Shown one piece after another: positions 1 to 13,688 of a DNA stretch of 64,000 bases. The stretch comes from Camelus dromedarius (Eukaryota): the NCBI RefSeq assembly GCF_036321535.1, contig NC_087437.1:71426001-71490000 (forward strand). Direction: 5' to 3'. A program made the position numbers and the translations under genes. Each line of letters opens with the position of its first letter. Position 1 is the first letter of the stretch. The notes beneath the pieces were generated by a model. It did no database searches and was not told where the DNA came from. It was given only the letters and a program-made list of their open reading frames with translations.

Positions 1-504
1 CTTTTGTTTTCTATATGTTGTAGAATACAGACCTATTCTTGTGAAATGATTAAAAAATTGTTCTTTTACCATTTTTTATTGGGAAAAAGTTATACGTTAC
101 AATGGTCTTCTCAATAAAGCTATCTTCATACCCAAAAGACTATTATGTGGCTCCTGTATTTGATATGATGTGACCATCAATCACTCAGAGTAAGAATTCA
201 TGTAATCCATTATACAATTCATTAAGTAAATAGAGACTGACAATTAAAATCAAAATCTACTCTATGTCTAAAGAATCAGGGCTTTAAATAATGTAGCGTA
301 AGTTAAGAAGGTAGCTTATACTAGCTATTTCTCCTCAAAAAGAAACAGTATATTTTGTTTTCTGTATTTCCAAGCCCAAGTTTTAAAGAAAAAAATCTTA
401 AAGAAAAAACAATTATGGGAGTTACTTAAAACCTACACATTAAATGAATTATATAACTATTTAGAGCACTAAAGCTGGGCAACTATCATACACAAGTAGG
501 GTCA

Positions 505-672
<168 letters not shown>

Positions 673-929
673 CTAGAGAACAAATGCACTTGCTGTTTAA
701 TGTTCAAATCAATGTCAAGCTGTTTAACATTCAATAAACATCAAGTAGATTCACAGTTGCTATTATTTAAATCATTTGCCTCACTTATCAATAAAATATA
801 TTAGTTCTATAATCCTTCTAGTAGATCTAAAGAAAAGTGTAAACTATGTTTCTGTGCTTTATTTTTATTTTGACTAAGAGTACAAAATAGTTCACGAAAC
901 ACTCATTTCACATTCTTTCAACAACTTTA

Positions 930-1262
<333 letters not shown>

Positions 1263-1268
1263 CTAAAC

Positions 1269-1832
1269 CAGATATTCTCAAACTTTCAGTCCACAGCATC
1301 TTAAGTGTTTCAGTAACCTTTTCATAGTGACCCACAACAAAAGATATATTTAAAACTTCCAGATATTAAATAGTTATGTCCAAATATCTTAATAAATATA
1401 TACATCCTCATAACTAAGTAGGACTTTGAAAGAAAAATATACATAAATTGAAAGAAAAAGAGAATATTTTAACTTCATTTTTAAATAACCTCAATTCTTA
1501 CAAATAGGGTTTATATGCCTGCTGGGTATTCTACAATCTTCAAACCTTAGAATCAGATTGAATGCCTATTCCACAATCATTTTCATATACTTGATTTTTA
1601 GCTTAGCAATTGCCAAAAACTCAGCTTCACAAAGATATGACATCACTGACAAGAACATAGTGCAGTCAAATAATAAAACTGTTTATTATCTCAAGCTACT
1701 AGTTTATGTGGTATCTGACAAGATGTCTAATATTCCTGTGTTAACCGCAAAAACTTAAAATATCCTGGAGCATCACATGAGTTTACTACAGCTGTCCAGA
1801 GTGCCTTGGTACATAATTTGGGAACCACAGGG
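1269..1832. mobile_element. hAT-Charlie-like DNA transposon fossil
   Basis: Degenerate inverted termini cagatattctcaaact ... atttgggaaccacag; subfamily not determined. Confidence 0.5.
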
Positions 1833-2999
1833 CTAAAAATAGTAGCAAAGGCCTCTCCATAATACATTGCTTCAACTACACTGGTGAGGAAGATCAGTTC
1901 TCTAAAAAGGATATTAGTATCTGGACAAAGACCTAAACTCTTTAGACTGAGAAAGGACCAAAAAACTTAAGACTTAACGATCATTAAGAGACTAATAAAT
2001 GATGGCATACTCATATGCTGGAATTTCATGTAGCTGTAAAAAGGAATAGGCACTTTTATGAACTGCTCTAGAAAGATCTCCAAAATATATTTTCATTTCC
2101 AATATTTGATTATGAAATATTTCAAACCTACAGAAAAGTTGAATTTTTCAGTGATCTACATACATTTTACTATATTTATCATATGTCTATCTATCTTTCA
2201 CAATATATGTATTTTTAAGTGAAAAACACAAGGTGCAAAACAGTGGATATAATATGCTATCTTTTGGGAAAAAAAGAAAGAAAAAGAAAAATATATATTT
2301 ATATTGGTTCATATAACAAACTAGAAGAATACACAATAAGCAAAATTGGCTTCATACATGCATCTCTGTTTTGAAAATGGGCCAGATACAGGATGACAAA
2401 GGTGGAGTGGGTTGTCACTACACATATGTTCATCTGTTTATCTTAAATCTTCAAACCATGTAAAAGATTAAAGATAAATCTAACAGAAAAAATCCTTTTG
2501 ATTAGTGATGATTTCATAGCTATAAAGACTTAATTTTATTAAAATTTTCAGATTATTTTGCTTAGAATTAGCACTCCAGTACTAACACAGAGAGAACAGG
2601 TACCTTAAGCATATATTTTAATATGGCAAAAAAGTTATACCAAATAAATCTTGATAGATAGTCAAAGACATAATGCTCATCTTCTAAGTAAAATACATAA
2701 ATCAACCTAAGTAAGAATCAATCTAAGTAAAACACATAAATGAGAAGGAAAAAAAGTCATTCCTCCCCATAAAGTTTAATCTTTTATCTTTATTTTTCAT
2801 AGAAAATTGAAAATACTATATTTAAAAGTCAAAATTATGGTACCCAAATAGTAAATATTTCCTAGTGCTGAAGCTATACTGTAACATATCACCCAGAACA
2901 AAGAGAGTTGTGATTTATTTATGGATTTACTTTTTTTTATTATATTCCTTGTACATAAAACTTCAAAGATTAATAAATATGAGCTGTTTATTAACTTCA

Positions 3000-3072
3000 T
3001 TTTTTTATGGAACTATATAGTTGACATACAATATTATATTAGTTTCAAGTGTACAACACAGTGATTTGACAT
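3000..3072 (-). mobile_element. Very short L1 3'-end fragment
   Basis: T-run then atagttgacatacaatattatattagtttcaagtgtacaacacagtgatt, the reverse complement of an L1 3' terminus. Confidence 0.6.
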
Positions 3073-3385
3073 AATACTGGCTTTACTATTTTAAGTAGAA
3101 ATCATGATTGGAGATTTTTAACTGTACAAATGGATGTTGTTACTCTGTTGATGATATCTTCTACAATATGTGTCCCTCTGTAGAAAAATTCTAATTGGTT
3201 CTCCCTAAAGTTTGTGAGCTACTAAAATATTAAGAACAATGAAAGTTCAGAAGATAACACTAACTTCTTAAAATAAGAGCACTAATTCCTAGTACCTTTC
3301 TTCAATAAAATCCTATATAAATCAGGTTTCTTTCAACACCAACATTTCACATTTCTGATAGCACTGATGCTGCCATAAATCTTCA

Positions 3386-3607
<222 letters not shown>

Positions 3608-3715
3608 TCAGATAATTAAAACATCCAATCAATCCAATAATATACTTCCCTCATATATTCATAGGAAAAATAAAATGCCTACTATGGAACATACAGTTTC
3701 ACAAAAAGATACATT

Positions 3716-4842
3716 AAAAAAAACTAAAGTATAGTTGATTTACAATATTGTGTCACTTTCAGGTGTATAACAAAGTGATTCAGGTATATATATATATAGA
3801 CATATATGTATACCTATATATAGACAGATACATATGTGTAGATATATATACATATATACACATATTTTCCAATTATTTTCCATTATAGATTATTTAAGAT
3901 ATTGAATATAATTCTCTGTGCTATATAAAGGAAATCCTTGTTGCTTATCAATTTTATGTACAGTAGTCTGTATCTGTTAATCCCATACTTCTAATTTGTC
4001 CCTCCTCCCCACCCTCTCCCCTTTGATAACCATTAAGCTTGTTTTCTATGTCTGTCAGTCTGTTTCTGCTTTGTATATAGATTTATTTGTATTATTTTTT
4101 AGATTCCACATGTAAGTGATATCATATAATATTTGTTTTTCCTCTGCCTGACTTACTAACAATAATATTTTCTAGGTCCATCCATGTTGCTGCAAATGGC
4201 AATATTTCATTCTTTTTTATGGCTGAGTAATATTCCATTACATCTATATATCTATATCTGTATCTGTATTTTCTTAAGCCAATTGTCTTTTTGATGGGCA
4301 CCTGGGTTGTTTCCATGTCTTGTCTATTCTAAATAGTGATGCTATGAACACTGGGAATGCATGTATCTTTTCAAATTAGAGTTTTCATCTTTTCCAGATA
4401 TATACCCAGGATGAGATTGCTAGATCATATGGTACCTCTACTTTTAGTTTTTTAAGGAAGCTCTATACTGTTTTCCAAAGTGGTTACACCAATTTACTTT
4501 CCCACCAACAGTGTACAAGGGTTCCCTTTTCTCCACACCCTCTCTAGCATTTATTATTTGCAGGCTTTTTGATGATATGGCCATTCTGACTACTGTAAGG
4601 GGATACCTTATTGTGGTTTTGATTTGCATTTCTCTAATTAGTGATGTTGAGTATCTTTTCATGCCTTTTTTGGCCATTTGTATGTTTTCTTTGGTAAAAT
4701 GTCTATGTAGGTCTTCTGCCCATTTTCTGATTGTGTTGTTTGATTTTTAGATATTGAGTTATATGAGTTGTTTGTATATTTTGGATATTAACCCCTTGCC
4801 AGTCATATCTCATCCCTTACATTGTCTTTTTGTTTTGTTGAT
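3716..4842 (-). mobile_element. 5'-truncated L1 (ORF2 C-terminus + 3'UTR) with TSD
   Basis: Decayed ORF2 peptides ([40 protein letters not shown]); TSD CAAAAAG(A/G)TACATT at 3702-3715 and 4843-4856. Confidence 0.92.
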
Positions 4843-6408
4843 CAAAAAGGTACATTTTTAGCATATGATACAGTAGGGCTAAAAAGAATAAATTTGTTAG
4901 GCTAAAGATTATTTATAAATTATAAATAAATTTTATAAAATTTATAAAATACACATGAAAACTATTTTTGTTTTGAAGTTCTATAAGGCAAACTCTACCT
5001 AGTATCAGTGAGGCAAGTTTTGATCAACCTGGCTCACTATACTACATGGAATGATGGTTTTTGGAACAATTTTTAAAAAAGCTTTAAAACTAAAATTAGA
5101 ACAAGAGCTTTAGCTAGTAGCATGGTAGAATGCCACACAGTTATCAGCAAAAATTATTTTTCTGGTAGGGAGTGAAGGTTGCACATTTTCAGATATGTGT
5201 AAGAATAAATCTATTTTAATATTTAGCTTTCTGATACAATTAATTAGAACTATGAGTTAGGTGATATTCAAGTGGAAACTATTAAAGTATTAATATTTAA
5301 CTTATATTAGAACATAAACTAACATAAACTTTTGTTAGAAAATGTATTAATTTTATAAATACTTAAATCTCTGTACCTACCATATTAAGAATAATTAAAA
5401 TGCACAGAAATGCCAGAGATAACTGAAATTTAAAACCATATTTCATAAACAAAAAGGATTGCATTTCTCTCTTATCTCATTAAGTACTTAAGAATCATAA
5501 ACAGGTTCCAGGAGTTTACTGTAAGTTTCAGAAAACTAAACTCTTTTGATGGTATTCTTTTGCCTTTTTCCTGAAAGTTCTTACGTGTAGTTTAAGCTTC
5601 AAGCTCAAACACCAAGTTCTAAGCGGTAAAAGCTTTTTAGGGAAAAATAAAAACACACGGTGACTGAAGGTCTTCATTTGCATTAACACCAAGAAAGGGT
5701 CATCACCCACTGTGATTAGAACAACAACCAAAAAAGACTATAACATGGGGTTTATAAAAAGACATAAGGAAAAATGAATTTCCATGGCACTAAAGATTAT
5801 AAATCAATGAGCAGATTTTATCTATGGAAACTGTGAATCATAATTTGCTGTGGAAGTGTGGGATAACAAAATGAATACTAGAAAGAGATTTATTATTTAA
5901 AATGCAATACCCCAAGTATAGGCAGAACAAACTGTTTTCCATTCTCATTACCGAGTCTTTTCCGACAGATAGCTAGTTATGTGATATATGAAGTAACCCT
6001 TCAGAAGGATTTATATATGCAAAGACCCAAGGTTGATATTTCTGAGAAATGCTCTAAAAGCAATTATCAAAATTCAAACTGCATTAACAGATATTTAATC
6101 CATAAACTTTATAGCTTTTTAAGCTCAGATTTAACAAAAGAAATTAAGAAGTATAACATCAATTATACACTTACATAATTAACAGGATATCGCAAGTTAG
6201 TACCTCAATAATTATCAAATTTAGATAATAAATGTTACAGGAGCTGTTATGATGAAGGCATTACTTCAGTCTTATAGCAGCTATGAAATCTTTTAAGAAC
6301 AGGTAGAATTTATGTAGAGGAACAGAAACTTCTGAATTTCTGCCTAAAACACCTGAAAAGACATTAATTGATGTTAGGAATTTTTACTATTGAGATTATT
6401 ATATATTA

Positions 6409-6504
<96 letters not shown>

Positions 6505-6749
6505 TTAACTATGGTAAAAAAGGAAAAAAAAGTATAATTACAAACCTTAAAGCAAAAGAACCAATATAGGTAGTAAACTGCTGTATTCTTGAGTAATTAC
6601 CATTTATTCAAAGTAAAAGATAATATAAAATTCGTAAGATTTGGTTAAAAGTACCTCATTCCTGGATGGTCTACAGTTATTAAAATTCAGGATTATATAT
6701 CCCTATGCAAGATATTCCATACAAAATACCAAGGAGTGTAACAAACAAT

Positions 6750-7080
6750 GTGAAGTCTTTCCAATGGCTTATCTAGCCCTACAACATCCTGCCCTCCCAT
6801 TATCTCCCTGACTCTTCCTCTTAATCATGCTGCATAAACACGGAAGTCTTTGCTATTTCTCAAAACACACACACATTCTGCCTCAGGGTCTCTGTACATC
6901 TTGTTCCTCCTGCCTACAGTACTCTGCTCTCAGATACCAGCATCTGTAACCATCTTCAGGTCTTCACTCGGAAGTCCCCTCCTCTGAGAGGCTTCTCTGA
7001 CTATTTGCCCAACTACTTAAAATTGCAGCATGACTCCCTCCTCTTTCACTACTTTATTTTTTACCATCTAAAACATTATA
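6750..7080 (+). mobile_element. L2 fragment
   Basis: ctgcctcagggtctctgtacatcttgttcctcctgcct resembles the L2 3' region. Confidence 0.65.
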
Positions 7081-7823
7081 TCTTACATTAAAAATTTTAA
7101 ATGAATAATCTATCTTTAAATTTTTTCTGGTTCATTCCCCCCCCCCCTTTTTTCCTTTTTTCAGCACAATACAGAACAGTTTAAGAAATTCAACGTCTTT
7201 ATTGTATAGATGTGTAATCTGAAAAACCTAAAGACTTCTATTTAGGTCCAAATGGAAAACTGGTTACAGATCCCAAAGTAGAAAGTTGCTTTGTGACTGC
7301 TGGTCTAACATATAATTATTAACAATTTAATAATGGAGATAAAATATATATATTTTATATATATATACAAAAAGCTAAATAATGTCTCCAAACAAACATA
7401 AAGGGTCACAGATCAATGTGATAAAGTACCAAATAATAGACTTATTTACTAAATTTCAAGGAGTAGACTGTTTAGGGAAGACATCTTGAAGGTCAGGTAA
7501 AATTAGCCTAAACTAAGAAAAGACAGAGAGCAAAGGCATTCCAGGTGGGGAAATAACAAGAACAGAAGAATGGAAATAAAATTCCATTCAGGAACAGTTA
7601 ACAGTTAGTGAGAAATAAGGATGCAAAGGCAGAGAGACTAATTTGTTGGTCTTAAATTGAATGCCTGGTGCACTTTATCCTACAAACAATAGGAAATAAC
7701 CAAAGATTGAGGAAGAACTGTTAGGAGAAGAATGATGTTTAATTCATATATTATATCAGAGTAGGGGAGGGAATGCAGGCATTGTGAGAAGTTGAAAAGC
7801 TCTGGAAATAGTTATTGGTTGAG

Positions 7824-8421
7824 TGTCACAGCACTACCAGACCATTGCTGAAAACCACCAACCCCTCCCTTGAACAGGAACTAACATAACATCTTTAAAT
7901 CACCGGTTCTGGACACAAAGAAAGGAAGCCATAGAAAGAGAAAAACAAAACCAGACAGAACCAAATGAAACGAAGACAGAGATGAATCTAACCTCCGACA
8001 GACTCTGAGTCTCATTCTACACTGATTTTACTACATCAGTGTCCTAGTGACACACCTACTGGCAGCCAAGATGGAAAGTCACCGACCAAAAAAGGACAGA
8101 AAAGGGGTAGCACCCCATTTCCAGGAAAACCCTGCCTCTTTCCTAGAAAACTAATGCATATGCCTCCCCATCATTAGTCTCACTTCTACGCCCACTGTCC
8201 TTCCTCTCTAAAAGCGAATCCCTCTAGCTATTAAGGGGAGAAGTTGATTTGTAAACTAAGTTCCCGCTTCTCAATTCTCTGGCCATTGACTAAAAGCTTG
8301 CCCTGCTTCAATCTCAGCTTCCCTTTCACTCTTGGCTGCACGAACAATTCCCTACAGAGGCAGGCAGAGGGCCTAGGCTAGGCTAGAGCCCAAACAGGGG
8401 TCCTTACTTAATTCGGTAACA
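7824..8421 (+). mobile_element. Solo ERV LTR (ERV1-like); 5' boundary uncertain
   Basis: TGTCAC...GGTAACA termini, higher GC with retained CpGs, TATA-like ctctaaaag and polyA-like gactaaaagcttg in U3-R-U5 order; no clean TSD found. Confidence 0.6.
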
Positions 8422-8434
8422 AATGGAATTCACT

Positions 8435-9120
8435 TTATTAAGTGTTTATTGAGTCCCCACCAAGGAAAAGGCACTGGGTTAAACTTAGGGAATAAGGATT
8501 GTGAGTAAAAGGAGCTTCCACTGGCTTTAAACAACTGTACTATAAGGCAAAATGACTTAAGTGTTCAAAATGACAACACTTTGGGAGCAGAGTTAAAACT
8601 GATTCGGATGTGGGTAAAGTGTAAACCAATGGGGATGAGAGGGGGGAACAGGTGAGGGGAAAGTAAGTTTCAAAGCTGAGTTGAGCCCAGATAGAAAGAA
8701 TACAGAAAGAAGAAAACCAAGTGCTGAGCCTTGGGGATTAATTCAGGAAGGGCTGAGTACCGTTTTTCAGTCTTTCTGGAGCCCCTGAAGGAAGCTCCAT
8801 GGAACACAATTTGTAATCCATTAACTAAGGTATCAACGAATTAACAATAAAGTCATTAACAGTGGAATTCTCGTTTAATACACTTAGTGTGGTCAGAAGG
8901 GCCTGTCTGATGGACAGGACTGAGGGAAGAATCTAGTGATTAAAGAAACAAGCCAAGAGTAAAAACAGTTAAAGAGAAAAACCACATGGAGATATGGGAG
9001 AACTTCCAAGTGAGAATATGATCAAAGAGGCAAGTATCAATAACTTAAAGACGGTATCGATGATAAGACAGAGACTTAGCACCATGTTGGTAATTTATTG
9101 ATAAAGATGAAGTTAGTGAG
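8435..9120 (-). mobile_element. Degraded L2 fragments
   Basis: gtttattgagtccccac...ggcactggg and ccaagtgctgagccttgggg resemble antisense L2. Confidence 0.5.
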
Positions 9121-10159
9121 CATTATGACGTCAGAAAAAATAAACCTGATACTGCCACCACAATGTCAAAAAAAAGGAGGCAAAGATTTTGGTTCCATTA
9201 GGAAGATAAAATTGGAAGAAGAGCATTTGAGGGAGGAAGTAAATAAAGAAAAGCGGAAATTGGCTTACTAGGATTTTCCAGGCTCCTAAAGATGCGTGGA
9301 AGGGACTGTTGAGTAAGCAGGAATGAGACTGCGAAAGATTCGAATATAAAAAGATGAAACAAGTTTTTCTAGAAACTACTTAGATAATAAGGAAAAAACC
9401 AAAGTCTAAAGATGAAAACATTTGGTAAAAGAGTTGGGCAAAGTCATTAAAGAAGTGGTCAACAAGCAAATGAGGTCAAATTTCAATCTTCAGAAAATCA
9501 AAGATTTTCAAAGTCAGAAGAGAACTTGATAACCATACAGTCTAACTTCTTTCCCAAATTTGTAGGGCATTTCGTACAAAGCATGCATGATACACAGTCA
9601 TCTGCCTGTTTAAGTGGAAATAGCATGAAATACTGAGTCAGCAGACTTAGGAAATATCCTGATTCTACCAGTGACATGTTGCAGGAGATGGTGGATAAAT
9701 TGAACTTTCTTAATATCTTCATTTGAAAATACCACCTATCCCAGAATTATGACTAAATCACAATTTGTCAAAAATGTTCCATGTAAAATGCTTACAAAAA
9801 TTCCATCAGTAATACCTACAATTTAAACAGGGCTTCAATTCTATTTTTAGAAATCTGCTCTAATCTACTTCCCCATAACTTCTACCCTCTGGCCTTATTT
9901 CTTCCAACTACTGTGGCCACACAGAGTATGTTCCCTTTCCATGGAAATTCTTTAGTGGTCTTCAGCTGTCCCTCAAAGGACAATCTTCTTTAAGATCCTT
10001 CTCCCCTGAGGCTATCCTATTCTGGAAGTATTTCATGATGTCAATATTCCTTTTAAAACAGAGCAAACAAAATTAAAAACTGTATTCTAAACGTTATTTA
10101 AGTACTGAAGAGTACCTCTTCATCTGTTCTTGCTGCTTCTTTACACTGAAAAACAGACC

Positions 10160-10320
10160 AAGGCTTTGAGTCAGACAAATTGAGTATGAATTTATAAGTT
10201 GTGTCCTTGAGCAAATCAAATTCTTTCAATCTTTCGAGCCTCATTTCATCTGTAAAATCTATTAGGGTTGATGTGAAACACCTAACAGTAAGCCTGACAG
10301 AAAAGTAATACTCATGGCTA
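10160..10320 (+). mobile_element. MIR SINE
   Basis: ggctttgagtcagac...tgtgtccttgagcaaatc...gagcctcatttcatctgtaaaat core. Confidence 0.7.
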
Positions 10321-11262
10321 TTAACTTTATTCTGTTAGTACAAGCTAATACTGCCTAATTTCTAAAAAGTGCTTAATATATTTATTTTCTTGTTACTTGA
10401 ACCAAATCTAGTCACTTGGTTAGTTTTTTTTTTTTCTTAGCTAGTATGTATATTTTACTGTAACTTTATTTTCTAAAACTAAGTAGATTTTATTTTAAGC
10501 ATTGATGATGTGCCAGGTGCTATATTATAGCCTAAGAATATGATGGAGTAAGTAGACACATCTCTCCTTCAAGGAGCTTCTGGTCTGGTAGATAAAAAGG
10601 CAAAAGTAGTTACAAAGTGACAAACATGCTCTCATAGGAACAGTGCAAGCTGATTTAGAAGGGCACAAAGCAGAGGCATCTAACCTAGACTCAAGTCAGG
10701 ACAAGCATGATTAGAGGAGGCTAAGTTGAAATTTGAAAGATGAACAAGGAGGCATTAGAATATACAGTAGATCTTCCTTACAGATGCTTCAAATCTCCTA
10801 GGGTTCATGAAGGTGTCCTAGAGAGTTCATGAGGTAATAATGGTATCTATTCTGATTTTTTAAAATAGGTATTTACACATTTTCTCTTTAAAACAACAGT
10901 GAGAAGCTCCAAATGTTACGAGCAATAATTAGTGGAAATCAAATGAATTTGTCCATGAGTCAGATACCTTGTAGACTTATCATTCAGCTGAATAATCCTA
11001 GCCATCATAGGAAACTGATGATTCTATAGTTTTTAACTTTAGTTTTAGGCATATATTGGTTAATTTACTCCAAAGACAGCAGGTATCTGGAACAGTGACA
11101 TCATACCAGGAAGAGAATCGACAGCCTAACTCATAATTCTATAAATTTACTTAGTATCTGAGTATCTATCTGCTTTTCACCAGATCCATAAATTTGCATT
11201 CATCTGATTAATAGTCTTACATAGCAAATCAAGATTATTCTACTTTTTTAAAAGTCAATGTT

Positions 11263-11670
11263 TACAACAGTCAAGATATGAAAGTAACCTAAGTGCCCAT
11301 CAGTACATGTGTGTGTATACATATATGTAAAATATATATACACACACAATGGGGTATTGTAAAAAAGAATGAAATTTTGTCACCTGTGACGACATGGATG
11401 GACTCAGAGGGTATTATGCTTAGTGAAATATACCAGACAGAAGAAGACAAATACTCGATGATTTCACTTATATGTGGAATTTAAAAAACAAATCAACATT
11501 CCAAAGAGAACAAACAGGTGGTTGCCAGAGGGGAGAGAGAAGTGGGAGGAGGAAAGAAATGCGAGATTAAGAGGCACAGACTTTCAGTTGCAAAATAAAT
11601 GAGTCACAGGCATGAAATGTACAGTGTGGGGAATATAGTCAATAAGCAGAAAACTAGAAGGAAAAAAAAA
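11263..11670 (+). mobile_element. L1 3' fragment (L1MA-like) with TSD
   Basis: KKNEILSPVTTWMDSEGIMLSEI peptide; AAA(A/G)GTCAATGTT flanks near 11250-11262 and 11668-11680. Confidence 0.85.
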
Positions 11671-11924
11671 GGTCAATGTTAAGAGGAGAAAAATATGATG
11701 GTTACGAGTAATTTTACTTTTTGTATCCCACTGTGTTTTATGCAGAGAAGTGTTTGCAAATACATCCTAAAACGAGCTCTTAAAAGATCTTTCAGGAAAA
11801 AATAAGAAAATTATGAAAATACCAGTTTTTAAAGTATAAAATGCAGGAACTCCAAGCACTTTTGTCCACTTTAAATGTTTTAACATGTTAAATTTTAATC
11901 TTGGCTCCAGCAACTCAGACTTTT

Positions 11925-12325
11925 ACACTTGCTGTGCCTGTCTAGAATGTTTTCTCCTCACTCCCATGAAATAGCCCCCTCTTCCCACTGTCGTCCTCAA
12001 TTCTCTTACCCTGCTTTTCTTCATAGCACCTGAAGGAATATAATTTTTCTTTTTAATTTATTTGTTTTTTGTCTGTACACTCTCCAGAATGCCAAGTTTC
12101 ATGAGGGTAAATAAAACAGTGCCTGGGCCAGGAATAAGCACTTAGGGAACAGTTGCAGAGTAACTCCATACCCCCTAATACCACCTCCACTTCATAAATG
12201 GGGAAACTAAAGACTAGAGATGCAAGTAACTTTGCCCAAGATCACAAAACCAGCAAATAAAGGTGGGATTATGAACTGAGGCAGTCTGATTCCAAAGCCG
12301 ATGCTCTTTAAGCACTTGCCTTCTG
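11925..12325. mobile_element. L2 fragment (+) followed by MIR (-)
   Basis: ttttacacttgctgtgcctgtctagaatg (L2); aaatggggaaactaaagact...ttgcccaagatcaca...cagtctgattccaaagcc (MIR). Confidence 0.65.
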
Positions 12326-12414
12326 TGACTTCTAAATTAACTACACTGATTTCTATTGTATGCATCCAAACAATCCTTCATGGTACAGAGGACAACCATC
12401 TCTGGCTTAAGACA

Positions 12415-12810
12415 TGTCTTATCAGATACAGAGCTGCAACACCCAGATTCCTCTTCAAGGAAGGACGGGGAGGGTTGTCAGTAGATAGCCAACAGGTGTC
12501 AGCCCTTCAGGGTCGGCCTCAGATGCAGAGAGGTGCCTTGTCCACATTCACACTCTTCACAGAGCATAAAAGACTGGTATAAAAACTCCACCATGTCAGC
12601 CCAATGTGGGACACTCTTACAAGCAATAAATACTCACTCCACATATCCCTACCCAATTGGCTGAGGCTTTATCAGGCTTGCATTGCATTCCAACTTCTTC
12701 CCCTGCCCAACTTTGCTTCTGTCCCTTCCTTTCACATGTGTTGATCCCTAAGAAACATCCTACATACCAGACTCCCTCTTGACACCTGATTCCAGAGAAA
12801 CCAGAATACT
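12415..12810 (+). mobile_element. LTR16-like ERVL solo LTR
   Basis: cagcccttcaggg...ggctgaggctt...ttcttcccctgcccaa...tgttgatcccta...aaacatcct motifs recalled from the LTR16 family. Confidence 0.65.
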
Positions 12811-12827
12811 TAAATAATGAACAAACT

Positions 12828-13306
12828 AAACTATTCCTAGTCTTTTGAGGAATCTCCATTCTCCACAGTGGCTGCACCAAGCTGCATTCCCACCAGCAGT
12901 GTAGGAGGGTTCCCCTTTCTCCACAGCCTCTCCAGTGTTTGTCATTTGTGGACTTTTGAATGACGGCCATTCTGACTGGTGTGAAGTGATATGCCATATG
13001 ACCCAGTAATCCTGCTCCTGGGCATATATCCAGAAGGAACCCTAATTCAAAAGGACACCTGCACCCCAATGTTTATAGCAGCACTATTTACAATAGCCAA
13101 GACATGAAAACAGCCTAAATGTCCATCAACAGATGACTGGATAAAGAAGATGTGGTATATTTATACAATGGAATACTACTCAGCCATAAAAACTGACAAC
13201 ATAACACCATTTGCAGCAACATGGATGTCTCTGGAGAATGTCATTCTAAGTGAAGTAAGCCAGAAAGAGAAAGAAAAATACCATATGAGATCGCTCATAT
13301 GTGGAA

Positions 13307-13343
<37 letters not shown>

Positions 13344-13688
13344 ATAAATACAAAACAGAAATAGACTTAGACATAGAATACAAACTTACAAACTTGTGAT
13401 TGCCAAGGGGGCGGAGGGTGGGAAAGGACAGACCAGGATTTCAAAATCTGTAGATACTGACAGGTGTATGCAGAATAGATAAACAAGATTATATGGTATA
13501 GCACAGGAAAATATATACAAGATCTTGTGGTAGTTCACAGCGAAAAAAATGTGACAATGAATATATGTATGTTTAAGTATAACTGAAAAATTGTGCTCTA
13601 CACTGGAAATTGACACAAGATTGTAAAATGACTATAACTCAGTAAAAAAATGTTTAAAAAATAAAATAAAAAAATAAAAATAAATAAT
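12828..13688 (+). mobile_element. Young L1 with 5' inversion (12828-12990 minus; 12991-13688 plus)
   Basis: ORF2 sequence switches strand at 12990/12991; TSD TAAATAA(T/C)GAACAAACT at 12811-12827 and 13689-13705; A-rich tail. Confidence 0.93.

Noticed and set aside
2683..2745. Short imperfect direct repeats (ctaagtaaaa.acataaat; also gctgtttaa..ttcaa at 692 and 719)
   Set aside because: Two to three local duplications without regular spacers; not CRISPR-like and no evident function.
4122..4750. ORFs with L1 ORF2-like peptides (also 11293, 20608, 23478, 40796, 48882)
   Set aside because: Frameshifted fragments of 5'-truncated L1s; not functional genes.
12617..13069. 150-aa ORF as a novel gene
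   Set aside because: Artefact crossing an L1 inversion junction and an LTR16-like element.
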